From: Luteitalea sp.
GTDB taxonomy: Bacteria; Acidobacteriota; Vicinamibacteria; Vicinamibacterales; CAVVIG01
DNA length: 64,000 nucleotides
Reading direction: 5' to 3'
Assembly (NCBI GenBank): GCA_009380045.1
Contig: WHSN01000003.1
Coordinates: 4,299 to 68,298, forward strand
Under the pieces are notes generated by a model, which was not told where the DNA came from, ran no database searches, and worked only from the letters and a program-made list of their open reading frames with translations. Positions 1 through 10,899 of the stretch are shown here, one piece after another. Every line of letters begins with the position of its first letter. The first letter of the stretch is position 1. The translations under genes and the position numbers were made by a program.

Positions 1-1
1 C

Positions 2-934
2 GTGCTGCGGACCATCGGTGCGTCCTGGCGAGTGGTGACGCTCGACGATGCCGAGATGGTGCCCATCGGTGTACCTGAAGGAACGCGCCGCGTGTTCCGC
101 GCCGGCCACCTCGTGTCGAAGCACGTCCTCGCGTTCGGGCAATTGATTGGCCTGAGGATGTTCCCGATCCTGATGACGAGCATGTGGGCGGTCGTGGCGC
201 TCGGGTTGATGGGGCCGGCACTCGAGCTCGCGCGAACCGGCGTCACGTCGTTGGAGGAATGGGTCGCCGCGATCGATCCGTACGTCGGGATTCTGGCATC
301 CGTGTTCGATGGGCGGCCTCCTTTCGAGGCCGTGGGACCGACGCTTCCCGGCGTCTTCGCACTCCTTGCAATGGCCGCCGCCATCAGCTTCCTGGCGCTC
401 CTTGCGACGATGGCCGCACTGATTCTCGCATTCCCGCTGAGCACCGTGCTCTTCTTCCTCTCGTCGTCAGCCGACTCGGTTCGAGAGGCCGAGCGCTCGA
501 AAACCATCGCCGTGACCTCGGTGGGTGAGATCCAGCAAGCCGCGGGCGCCATCGCCCGTCGCAGCCGGAAAGTGTTCGGACCCAGGCTCGCGGTACTCCG
601 TGTCGCGTCCCACGTCTGGCAGCATGCCGTCAGGGAGCTGGCCTCTCTCTCGTCCCTGCCGCTGATCGACATCTCGGAGCCGACCGAGAACGTCCTGTGG
701 GAGATCGAGGAACTGACGAAGCGCTTCGGAGATCGGTGCGTGCTCATTGGCCATTACGAGCGGGTCAGCGCCCTCGTCACGTTGAAGCCCGGAGACCGAG
801 GACTCACCCCTGTCGAGCGCCGGCTGGCCGATCTGCTCGACGGTCGCGAGGTGCTGGCCTACACCACGGACAATCGAGGGCTGAAGCGCTTCGCGCGGGC
901 ATTGCGAGGACAGCTCCTGACGCGGTGTCCGTGA
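2..934 (+). CDS. hypothetical membrane protein (5' end may lie outside window)
   Basis: 310-codon ORF from the window edge. The N-terminal half is hydrophobic (several TM-like stretches) and the C-terminal half is soluble-looking. The overlapping minus-strand ORF is Arg-rich nonsense beyond its first ~70 codons. Confidence 0.55.
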   Translation: MLRTIGASWRVVTLDDAEMVPIGVPEGTRRVFRAGHLVSKHVLAFGQLIGLRMFPILMTSMWAVVALGLMGPALELARTGVTSLEEWVAAIDPYVGILASVFDGRPPFEAVGPTLPGVFALLAMAAAISFLALLATMAALILAFPLSTVLFFLSSSADSVREAERSKTIAVTSVGEIQQAAGAIARRSRKVFGPRLAVLRVASHVWQHAVRELASLSSLPLIDISEPTENVLWEIEELTKRFGDRCVLIGHYERVSALVTLKPGDRGLTPVERRLADLLDGREVLAYTTDNRGLKRFARALRGQLLTRCP

Positions 935-1171
935 GTTGAATAGGCTTGACGAGATGTTCGTGGAACCCGGCCGCCTTGTCCGGCGGTGATCGACCGCGTG
1001 ACCGTATCCGGTGATGGCGACCAGGTGGATTGAGGCAGGCTTGAGCAACGCTTTGAGCTGCTGCGCCAAATCGTGACCGTCCATCACCGGCAGGCCAAGG
1101 GCGAGGATTGCCAGATCCGGTCCAGATGCCGCAGCCACCTCGAGTGCCGATGGACCGTCATAGGTGACCCT
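933..1171 (-). pseudogene. response-regulator receiver domain remnant (N-terminally truncated, frameshifted)
   Basis: Minus-strand translation gives ..YDGPSALEVAAASGPDLAILALGLPVMDGHDLAQQLKALL..IHLVAITGYG. The expected continuation DKAAGFHEHLVKPIQL appears only in another frame. The first ~45 aa of a receiver are missing, and the position normally holding the phospho-acceptor Asp reads LAL. Confidence 0.55.
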
Positions 1172-1213
1172 GGTTCCCCGTGGCCCATCATCGCAAGGGC
1201 CTCCGCCAGCAGG

Positions 1214-1300
1214 TCAGCGCGTGAGGATGTCTCCTCCCGCGTAGATGCCGGGGATCGACGTTTCGCGCTGCACCCCGTTCGCACGTAGCCCGTCCCCTCA
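1214..1300 (-). pseudogene. fragment resembling the C-terminal FAD motif of a thioredoxin-reductase-like pyridine nucleotide-disulfide oxidoreductase
   Basis: Minus strand 1261->1214 reads TSIPGIYAGGDILTR-stop, the classic T-x-x-PGI-[YF]-A-x-GD motif. GYVRT lies just upstream in a different frame. There is no intact ORF around it. Confidence 0.35.
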
Positions 1301-1306
1301 AGCGCC

Positions 1307-2683
1307 TCAGTAAGGATTCTTGGTGAACCCTCGTGACTTCGTCAGGAAGTCGTCGTGCGGAGCCCCGGCCCCGGGCTTCGGCGTACCGCGATTCCGCCAG
1401 ACGCCAATGAGCCAGATCGCCCCGGCAATCGCCACGAGGGCCATCGTCCAGCGGAGGACGCCGACCAGCAATTGTGGCGTCAGCTCGGGCGCCCGGAACT
1501 GATACTGCCGGAGCTGATTGAACCGGTCGCCCATCCAGTGCCATGCCGTGTGTGTGACCAGCACCGACAGGACCACCGTGCCGACCCGTTCCGGCATCAC
1601 GTAGCGAAACAGCAGGTCGAGCGCCGGAATCATCAGTACGAGGAGCAGCAGTTGGCCGATCTCGACGCCGATGTTGAACGCCAGCAGCGAGGTGACGAGG
1701 TGAGAGCCGGCGAACTGCAGCGTCTGCCCGAGAGCGAACGAGAAGCCGACCCCGTGCACCAGGCCGAACGCGAAGGCGGCGATCCATCGCCGCTGCAGGT
1801 TGGGTCCGACGATGTTCTCGAGCGCCAGGTAGACGATCGACACCGCAATCAGCGTGTCGATGAGCGGTGGGAACCACAGCGCATCCGGCCCGATGCTGCC
1901 GAACGCCGACGCGATCAGCGTGGTCGAGTGCGCGACCGTGAATGCGGTGACGACGACGACCAGCTGACGGAACCGGCGGAACGGCATGGCGAGACAGAGC
2001 AGGAAGAGCAGGTATTCGACGCCGTCGAGGATGTGATGAAACCCGAGCCTGACGAACCGCCAGGCCGCCTGATGCCACTCGGGATCGAGACGCACCAGGC
2101 CGGGGTTCGCCACCAGCTCGAAGGCGCGCAGCACGCCATTCGGCAACAGGACGCGAACGAGCGTGAGCGTCCGCACGCCGAGCCGCTCGAACCGGGGGTC
2201 GATGGCGAACCGCGAGGTCTCCGAGGCGATGTCGTATTCGAAGAGCACGTCCAGGAATCCCGCGCTCACCAGGACGTCGTCGCTGTCGGGAGCGGCCGGC
2301 GTCGTGACGTGCGCCAGCGCCCGATCGTAGCTGTCGAAGGAGCGGTCTGCCGCGGAGGTTCCCCGGACGGCGGCCACGCGCGGGTAGGACAGCGGCGTGT
2401 CGCCTTCGTAGATGGTGACGTTGTCCGCGAGCCAGAGCGTGGCGGCGTCTCGAAGGAACGGATCGGCGCGGCTGATGTCGATGGCGTCCGGTCCGCGGCG
2501 GGGCCAGTCGACATCGAGCATCGATGCGAGCGGGACCCGGACGAGGAAGCGCAGCCGCTGCGCTTCGGGCTTCACATAGGACTGGATCGTGACGTCATTC
2601 GGTATCTCGTGGGCCGCGGTCCGGTGCGGTGCGGCGAACAGCGCGAGGAACAGCGCCGTGCCAAGGCAGGGTAGTCGGGCCAC
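1307..2683 (-). CDS. HupE/UreJ-family membrane protein with N-terminal periplasmic extension
   Basis: GFHHILDGVEYLLFLLCL plus multiple TM helices in the C-terminal half. There is a signal-peptide-like ARLPCLGTALFLALFAAPHRTAAHE after an in-frame GTG at 2683. The track ORF extends to 3040, but that extension is probably not translated. Confidence 0.75.
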   Translation of the reverse strand: MARLPCLGTALFLALFAAPHRTAAHEIPNDVTIQSYVKPEAQRLRFLVRVPLASMLDVDWPRRGPDAIDISRADPFLRDAATLWLADNVTIYEGDTPLSYPRVAAVRGTSAADRSFDSYDRALAHVTTPAAPDSDDVLVSAGFLDVLFEYDIASETSRFAIDPRFERLGVRTLTLVRVLLPNGVLRAFELVANPGLVRLDPEWHQAAWRFVRLGFHHILDGVEYLLFLLCLAMPFRRFRQLVVVVTAFTVAHSTTLIASAFGSIGPDALWFPPLIDTLIAVSIVYLALENIVGPNLQRRWIAAFAFGLVHGVGFSFALGQTLQFAGSHLVTSLLAFNIGVEIGQLLLLVLMIPALDLLFRYVMPERVGTVVLSVLVTHTAWHWMGDRFNQLRQYQFRAPELTPQLLVGVLRWTMALVAIAGAIWLIGVWRNRGTPKPGAGAPHDDFLTKSRGFTKNPY

Positions 2684-3021
2684 AGACGAAGAGTATACCG
2701 ACGCCCTCCAATTGTGTCGTCGAGGAGCGCCGGGGAGGACGAGAGCACAGAGAGCGCAAAGCAAGCAGAACCAGGGCGCCTCGATGTCCACGTTCCTCGA
2801 AGTGCCGGTTTGCGCTGCGCCCGCGCAGTCCCTTCGCATATACTCTGTTCGTCCAAAACGGGCCCAATTCCTGGGGGCGGTCCGTCCGGTTATAGACAGG
2901 AGACGGTATGAACGGAAAATGTCTGTACCGTCCCCGTCACCCACGAACAGGGCGCGCCCTGGCCGCAGAAGACCAGCCAATAGGCGCGAGGAACTGAGCG
3001 GTGGTTGGCGAGGAAGTCTTT

Positions 3022-3051
3022 GCATCCCCGCTTGCGGCATCCCCGCTTGCG
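3022..3051. repeat. perfect 15-bp tandem duplication (gcatccccgcttgcg x2)
   Basis: Read directly: 3022-3036 is identical to 3037-3051. It lies in the 547-bp divergent intergenic region between the HupE-like and DUF5916-like genes. Confidence 0.95.
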
Positions 3052-3230
3052 TCCTGCGGTGTGAGAGTTGAGCACCCGCGGCACCCTACAATGTGAGAGG
3101 TCGAGCATCCTGCCGCAGCTGCAGAGAGCGCCTTGGGGCGCGAGAGCCGAGGCCACCCTGCGCGTCAGAATCACAAATTCCAAGCTCATGCCGCGATGAA
3201 CCCAGCGCCCCCAGAAAGATATCGGTACGC

Positions 3231-5423
3231 GTGACCAACCGCCCTCTCCTCATCATCATTTTCCTGCTCGTCCTTCTCGACGCCACGGCGCGGGCGCAGC
3301 AAACCGCCGGCAGCGGATCCTCGGCCGCGGCGACCAAGCGTGCCAGTGCGTTGCGCACCACCGCGCCGCCGGTCATCGACGGTGTCATCGACGATCGGGC
3401 GTGGGAAGACGCCAAGCCGATTGGCACCTTCGTGCAGACCGAGCCAAGCGAGGGTCAGCCGGCCAGCGAATTGACCGACGTGCGGGTGTTGTACGACGAC
3501 ACCGCGATCTACGTCGGCGTGGTCTGTTTCGACACCGAGCCGTCGAGGATCGTCACCACCGACTCGCGGCGCGACGCGGCGCTCGCCGGCCAGGACTCGT
3601 TCCAGATCATCTTCGACACCTATCACGATCGCCAGAACGGCTTCATCTTCGGGACCAATGCCGCCGGCATCCAGTACGACGCGCAGGTTCGAAGCGAAGG
3701 CGAGACGCAGTCGGGCGGCGCGCCGACGCTCGGCCGCACCGACGGCGGATCGGGCGGCGGGCTGAACGTGAACTGGGATGGCAGCTGGGAGGTGAGGACC
3801 CGGATGACCGAGACCGGGTGGACGGCGGAGTTCAGGATTCCCCTGCGCACGCTGAGATACGGGCCGCCGCCGCAGCTCTGGGGCGTGAATTTCTCGCGCG
3901 CGATCGAGCGGAAGCGCGAGCAGGTCTACTGGTCCCCGGTCGCACGGGTCTACAACATCACGCGGCTGTCGTCGGCCGGCGAGCTCGGCGATCTGAACGT
4001 CACGCCGCCACGCAATCTCAAGCTGATGCCCTACGCGAGCAGCTCGACGAACCGGAACTTCACTCCCGGCTCCGAGAACCATCACGACGGCGACTGGGGG
4101 ATTGACGCCAAGATCGGCGTCACCTCCAGCATGAACCTCGACCTGACCTACAACACCGACTTCGCGCAGGTGGAAGTGGATGAGCAGCAGATCAACCTGA
4201 CGCGCTTCAACCTGCTGTTCCCGGAGAAGCGTCCGTTCTTCCTCGAGAACCGCGGGCTGTTCGCGGTCGGCAAGCCAGGGGAGGTCGACCTGTTCTTCAG
4301 CCGCCGCATCGGCATCGCCGACAACGGCAGCGGGGAGCTGACGCCAATCAGAGGCGGCGCCCGTCTGAGCGGCAAGGTCCAGGGCGTGAACGTGGGCCTG
4401 TTGAACATGCAGGCCGGCGAGGTGGGCACCACTCCGGGCAACAACTTCACCGCTGCGCGCGTCAACAAAGACCTGAGGAACCGGTCGAGCGTCGGGGCGA
4501 TCTTCGTGAACCGGACCGGGACCGGCAGCCTCGCGGGTTCGGACGACTGGAACCGCGCGTGGGGCGCCGACGGCAAGCTCGGCATCGGCGAGACTTTCAC
4601 TCTCACCGGGTTTGCCGCGCAGACTGCCACGCCGGGCGTTCGCGGCGGCGAGCATGCGTTCAGCTCCCGCGGTCAGTATCAGACGCGCGCTCGCCGAACA
4701 TATCTCGATTACACCGAAGTCGGCGAGGGATTCAACCCCGAGGTCGGCTTTCTCGAGCGCACCGGCGGATACCGGCAAATCGGAAGTGGATGGTTCGAGA
4801 ACGTTCGAAGCGCGAGGCTACAGCGGTGGGGGCTGCGCGAATGGCGGCCGCACTACAGCTATGAGAGCTTCTGGGGCTTCGACGGCTTTCAGGAAAGCGC
4901 CACGCTCCATACGGACAACGCCTGGGACTTCGAGAGCGGTTACACGATCAGCCCGGCGTTCAACGTCCAGTGGGAAGGGCTGCGCGTGCCGTTCGAGGTG
5001 TACCCCGGCGTGGTGGTGCCGGCCGGCAACTACCGCAGTCCCCTCGCCGCCGGGATGGGGAACACGGATCGCCGCAAGTGGATCTCCTTCTCGGGGGCCT
5101 ACAATATCGGCGGCTTCCTATCGGGCCACCAGCAGAGTTACGCCCCGCAGTTGAACCTCCGCAAGGGCGGCACGTTCACTTCGTCACTGCGGTGGACGCG
5201 GAACGACATCGATCTTCCACAAGGCAGCTTCGTCACCAACCTCGGCTCGCTGAGGATGACGTACAACTTCACCACTCTCGTCAACACTCAGGCGCTCGTT
5301 CAGTACAACGACACACGCGCCGGTGGTCGACGAACGTGCGGTTCACTTGGCAGCGCTCCGCCGCGACCGGCCTGTACATCGTCTACAACGACACCGAAGC
5401 CTTCGATGGTCTCGGCCCGGTGA
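3231..5423 (+). CDS. DUF5916/CBM9-like secreted protein; its 3' end is frameshifted, and the true C-terminus continues in another frame to 5473
   Basis: In-frame GTG at 3231 gives the signal peptide TNRPLLIIIFLLVLLDATARAQQ. PPVIDGVIDDRAWEDA..YVGVVCFD..FQIIFDTYHDRQNGFIFGTNAAGIQYD is typical of this family. The last ~35 codons of this frame are low-complexity, whereas the overlapping frame gives RWSTNVRFTWQRSAATGLYIVYNDTE..IIKYSHLFDILE. Confidence 0.8.
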   Translation: MTNRPLLIIIFLLVLLDATARAQQTAGSGSSAAATKRASALRTTAPPVIDGVIDDRAWEDAKPIGTFVQTEPSEGQPASELTDVRVLYDDTAIYVGVVCFDTEPSRIVTTDSRRDAALAGQDSFQIIFDTYHDRQNGFIFGTNAAGIQYDAQVRSEGETQSGGAPTLGRTDGGSGGGLNVNWDGSWEVRTRMTETGWTAEFRIPLRTLRYGPPPQLWGVNFSRAIERKREQVYWSPVARVYNITRLSSAGELGDLNVTPPRNLKLMPYASSSTNRNFTPGSENHHDGDWGIDAKIGVTSSMNLDLTYNTDFAQVEVDEQQINLTRFNLLFPEKRPFFLENRGLFAVGKPGEVDLFFSRRIGIADNGSGELTPIRGGARLSGKVQGVNVGLLNMQAGEVGTTPGNNFTAARVNKDLRNRSSVGAIFVNRTGTGSLAGSDDWNRAWGADGKLGIGETFTLTGFAAQTATPGVRGGEHAFSSRGQYQTRARRTYLDYTEVGEGFNPEVGFLERTGGYRQIGSGWFENVRSARLQRWGLREWRPHYSYESFWGFDGFQESATLHTDNAWDFESGYTISPAFNVQWEGLRVPFEVYPGVVVPAGNYRSPLAAGMGNTDRRKWISFSGAYNIGGFLSGHQQSYAPQLNLRKGGTFTSSLRWTRNDIDLPQGSFVTNLGSLRMTYNFTTLVNTQALVQYNDTRAGGRRTCGSLGSAPPRPACTSSTTTPKPSMVSAR

Positions 5424-5520
5424 ACCGCGCGCTGATTATCAAGTACTCGCATCTGTTCGACATTTTGGAGTAGCCAGAGCCGCGACATTTCGCGCCTTAC
5501 GAAGCCGCGCAGGGCCACGA

Positions 5521-5558
5521 GGATCACGAAGCTTTTTGGGAAAAGAACTTCGTGTTCC
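5521..5558. terminator. long imperfect hairpin between convergent genes (candidate bidirectional terminator)
   Basis: ggatcacgaag (5521-5531) pairs with cttcgtgttcc (5548-5558) at 10/11 positions, and the inner tttt/aaaa pairing extends the stem. There is no clean U-tract. Confidence 0.25.
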
Positions 5559-5640
5559 ATCGTGATGAACAACTGCTCGGTGAACCGAAAACGCTATAGC
5601 ACTTGCAGAGTGGCAGATGCGGCGGATGGCAGAGTGCGGC

Positions 5641-6096
5641 TCAGCGTAGAAGAGGACGGCCGTTGGCCAGCCCTGGCCACGGGATGGCCGCCAGCATCAG
5701 CACGGTGGCAAGCGCGAAGCAGGTCAGCCGGCGTCGCCGCGCGCTCACCGCGGAGGTCGCGTTCATCGCCAGCACGCGTCCGGTTCTCACCAGCACGACG
5801 GCCGCGAACATCGCCAGGGCGTGCTCAATCGCCCAGAAACGCATCGCCGGGTCTCGCACCGCCGCGCCGAAATCTTCCATCGCGATCTGCGTGAACGGGC
5901 TCAGCCCGAAATAGAGCACGAGGCCGAACAGCACCTGAAGGTCCACCGCGAGCATCAGACACGTGTCCCACCAGCGGCCCGGCAGGGGAGACGCCGGGCC
6001 GTCGTGCTGACGAAACGCGTTCGCGGTGGCCGTCAGCGCCAGGATCAACGTGACCCACCGCAGCCAGGAATGGATCGTTAGAACGGTCGCGTACAC
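5641..6096 (-). CDS. small integral membrane protein, function unknown
   Basis: The C-terminal ~150 codons of the 275-codon ORF form 4 hydrophobic helices (TIHSWLRWVTLILALTA.., LMLAVDLQVLFGLVLYF.., AMFAAVVLV.., FALATVLMLAAIPW). An in-frame GTG is at 6096. The upstream part overlaps the next gene and is Arg/Ser-rich. Confidence 0.55.
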   Translation of the reverse strand: MYATVLTIHSWLRWVTLILALTATANAFRQHDGPASPLPGRWWDTCLMLAVDLQVLFGLVLYFGLSPFTQIAMEDFGAAVRDPAMRFWAIEHALAMFAAVVLVRTGRVLAMNATSAVSARRRRLTCFALATVLMLAAIPWPGLANGRPLLR

Positions 6097-6289
6097 GCGG
6101 GTGTGCCGGGGCCAGGAGACGACCGCAGACGCCGATCGATGCGTCGGCGACCGACGGAGAGATTCGCAATCACCGAATACTGTTATACACGTCCCACGGC
6201 TGAATCGAGAAACGGGCGCCAGGAGGCGGATGAGAAATCCCCGCGTGGACGCGGCCGAAGGCGTCGGTAGGAACGCCCGGGGGAAAAAC

Positions 6290-6511
6290 TCAGATCTGAG
6301 GGCTTGGTTCCCTGTCGTTCCGGACGAACCGGCCGTCGGTGGCGCGCCTGAGGAACCGGGCATCCTGGAGGGTTTCGAGCACGATTTGGCACGAAGCCGG
6401 GTCCAAGCCCGTGAGACGCTCGGCCTCGGCGAGCGACAACTCGCGTTCCGGCTCCTGCATGAAGACACCTGTCAATTGCTGCACCGCATCAGCGATTCGG
6501 GATGTCGTCAT
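6290..6511 (-). CDS. small winged-helix/HTH-like DNA-binding protein (putative)
   Basis: The internal ATG at 6511 gives MTTSRIADAVQQLTGVFMQEPERELSLAEAERLTGLDPASCQIVLETLQDARFLRR.., an HTH-like pattern of ~73 aa. Confidence 0.5.
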   Translation of the reverse strand: MTTSRIADAVQQLTGVFMQEPERELSLAEAERLTGLDPASCQIVLETLQDARFLRRATDGRFVRNDREPSPQI

Positions 6512-6887
6512 AAATAAATGGGGCTGCCTTGCAGATGCCTGCGCAAACACCATACCGAAAACGGCATTCCACAAAATGCGCCCGTTTCGGCCTGCCCCAC
6601 CTCGCAGCCGCAGCAATCGAAGACGCTCCTCGTCAGTTAAGTGCCAGACGCGCTCAGCTCGATCGGCTCAGCAGTAAGTTGGAATCGGTATCCCCCCGGA
6701 AGTCGCCCTTCCATGAACTTTCCGTGGCACCCGTTGGATAACGTGTATACTCAAGCTTCGCTCCAGACGTAAGCCAGCCAGCGTGTAACCTACGCCGACC
6801 GGCCTCCGGGCAGGCGTCAGGTTCTTGTTTTCGTTCCGGCCCTGCCACGGCGTCTCTCGACAGCTACATCATCTTGAGGAGACTTCG

Positions 6888-7094
6888 ATGGCACCAATGA
6901 ACGGCACGATCAAGCGGCTCGTCAGCGACAAAGGATTTGGATTTATCCTGGCCAGCGACGGCAACGAGTATTTTTTCCACAGCTCGGCCTGCAGCCAAAT
7001 CTCTTTCGACGAACTGCGCGAAGGCCAGGCGGTGACTTTCGATCGCGGACAAGGCCCGAAGGGTCCCAGAGGCGAGAACGTCCGGGTCGCGTAA
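6888..7094 (+). CDS. cold-shock protein (CspA family, CSD)
   Basis: MAPMNGTIKRLVSDKGFGFILASDGNEYFFH.. carries the RNP1-like KGFGFI and RNP2-like FFH motifs. GAGGAG lies upstream of the ATG. Confidence 0.9.
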   Translation: MAPMNGTIKRLVSDKGFGFILASDGNEYFFHSSACSQISFDELREGQAVTFDRGQGPKGPRGENVRVA

Positions 7095-7304
7095 GTGAAC
7101 ACCACCGAAGTCGAGACGATGGTGCGCAGCGTCATCGTCCACCTCGGTCTGCCATTCTCGGTGCTCTCTGTCGTCGGCTCGCCCGCGGGATGGAACATCC
7201 GCGTGCGGGCATCCACCGGCGGCACCGTCGCATTTACCGTCGTCGGCGGCAGACCCTTGTCGATGCGCACGGCGATTCAGGAAAAGCTCGAAGACGCGTT
7301 CTGA
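7095..7304 (+). CDS. hypothetical small protein, translationally coupled to the csp gene
   Basis: The GTG at 7095 directly abuts the csp TAA stop (an alternative ATG is at 7119). 69 codons with G/C-rich third positions. Confidence 0.4.
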   Translation: MNTTEVETMVRSVIVHLGLPFSVLSVVGSPAGWNIRVRASTGGTVAFTVVGGRPLSMRTAIQEKLEDAF

Positions 7305-7355
7305 CCTCCCCCTTCGCCGACGTTTCCGACCCGTTGCGCCAATAGTGAGGATGTG

Positions 7356-7580
7356 ATGAAGCCCATGGTTCTGGCCGGGATCGTTCTCGCCGTTCTGGGT
7401 GTGGCGGCGCTCGCGTATCAAGGGTTCAGCTATACCAGCCGCGACACGGTCCTCGAGGTCGGCGACTTGAAGGTCGACACCGAGCGCGAGCGGTCAGTGG
7501 CGCTTCCTCCCATGGTCGGCATCGCCAGCATCGTCGCGGGCGTCGTGCTGATCGCGGTCGGGTCGCGGAAAGGCCGCTGA
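7356..7580 (+). CDS. small two-TM membrane protein
   Basis: MKPMVLAGIVLAVLGVAALAY...VGIASIVAGVVLIAVGSRKGR, two hydrophobic helices. tgagga lies upstream of the ATG. Confidence 0.6.
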   Translation: MKPMVLAGIVLAVLGVAALAYQGFSYTSRDTVLEVGDLKVDTERERSVALPPMVGIASIVAGVVLIAVGSRKGR

Positions 7581-7589
7581 TTCGTCCGG

Positions 7590-7838
7590 TCAGCCGGCCG
7601 CGCGCCTGTCGCGAATGAAGTCCCGTCCTCGACCCGCCTCTACCAGGTTCTTGGCCCCTCCGACGAACGGCACGAAGTCGAGCGCGGTATCAACGGTTCC
7701 GCCCACGACCCCTTTCCGCCGGATGGCGCTGCCAATGGTCGCCAGCGCGACGAGTCCGCCTATCCAGGGAACCGATCGATAGAGCCGCCGCGCCAGCCTG
7801 TGGCCGGCGTACTGTGTGAGCTGTCGGGTCAAGGCCAT
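7590..7838 (-). CDS. hypothetical small protein with one hydrophobic segment
   Basis: 82-codon ORF with G/C-rich third positions. No family recognised. Confidence 0.45.
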   Translation of the reverse strand: MALTRQLTQYAGHRLARRLYRSVPWIGGLVALATIGSAIRRKGVVGGTVDTALDFVPFVGGAKNLVEAGRGRDFIRDRRAAG

Positions 7839-7925
7839 GCCGTCGAGCGAGCAAGGGCCGTGCCCGGGCGGTTCCCCGGCTCGCCTTCGAAGGACGATCT
7901 GGCGGCGGCGGACCCGCCCCGGGAC

Positions 7926-10219
<2,294 letters not shown>

Positions 10220-10220
<1 letters not shown>

Positions 10221-10540
10221 CAGGCTTCTTCTATGGTGGTGCGTAGGGGATGGCCCGCCTCGGTGGCGAGAACGGTGACCACCGAGGCCTTGGTCTCGGC
10301 CACTTCCCAGGGATACACACCGGCGATGCCACGCCCGTTCAGGTGCACCTGCATCATGATCCGGTAGGCCTCGGCCGGCGACTTCTGAAACACGCTCTCG
10401 ACGACGTCAACGACAAACTGCATCGGCGTGTAGTCGTCGTTGAGCAACACGACCTTGTAGAGGGTGGGATCCTCCGGTTTGGTCTCCGGGCGTTCCTTGA
10501 CCGCCCCATCTGCCTTGTCCTGCCGCTCGCCCACACACAC
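10220..10540 (-). CDS. clpS: ATP-dependent Clp protease adaptor ClpS
   Basis: LYKVVLLNDDYTPMQFVVDVVESVF..AEAYRIMMQVHLNGRGIAGVY is the ClpS core. Its stop overlaps the clpA start (TGATG). Confidence 0.9.
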
Positions 10541-10704
10541 AGGGTAGCATCTCGACTGCCGCCTCGCTTCGGAACGCGCTGGGCAAGAATACGAGTCGGG
10601 AACACTCTCGCTTAACCCTCACTCCCATATGGATTTATGGTCGAGGATCATTCGCGGCGTGTTCCAGAGCAGCTCACGTCAACAGGGTGGTCGACGGCTT
10701 CTCT

Positions 10705-10734
10705 CAGAGAATCGCCAATCAGAGAATCGCCAAG
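10705..10734. repeat. 15-bp tandem duplication (cagagaatcgccaat / cagagaatcgccaag)
   Basis: Read directly, 14/15 identical. It lies ~165 bp upstream of the clpS start in intergenic DNA. Confidence 0.9.
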
Positions 10735-10899
10735 AGGGGTTCACGTGGCGGGGGGCACCGTGACGAATCCGTTCGCTGCCACGAAGCACGCCCTCCTCAG
10801 CGCGTTCCGTGTGACCCTTTTGACCGCAGCGGGCGCTCGAGCGCGTCGGGCGCGACACGGCGGCCCAGCCATCGAGCCCCGCTCGACGGCAGAAGGGAG

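Noticed and set aside
1355-2674. 439-codon plus-strand ORF, and likewise 3186-4778(-), 26428-28023(-), 30087-31418(-), 41552-42745(-), 43612-44988(-), 18060-19367(+), 46792-47892(-), 22285-23832(-)
   Set aside because: Each lies antisense to a gene with clear family motifs (HupE, DUF5916, M20, TBDR-like, P1, FAD oxidoreductase, Mo-enzyme, ABC). All have the Arg/Gly/Asp-rich composition of shadow frames.
2684-3090. Cobalamin or NiCo riboswitch upstream of the HupE/UreJ-like gene
   Set aside because: I looked on the minus strand for a B12 box (..GCCACTG..) and the AGGGAA/GGTG core and found neither. I cannot verify the NiCo consensus by eye. It is kept only as an unnamed structured-RNA candidate.
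6725-6740. Sigma-54-like TGGCAC element upstream of the csp gene
   Set aside because: The required downstream TTGC(A/T) element at the correct spacing is missing (the sequence reads ccgttggata).
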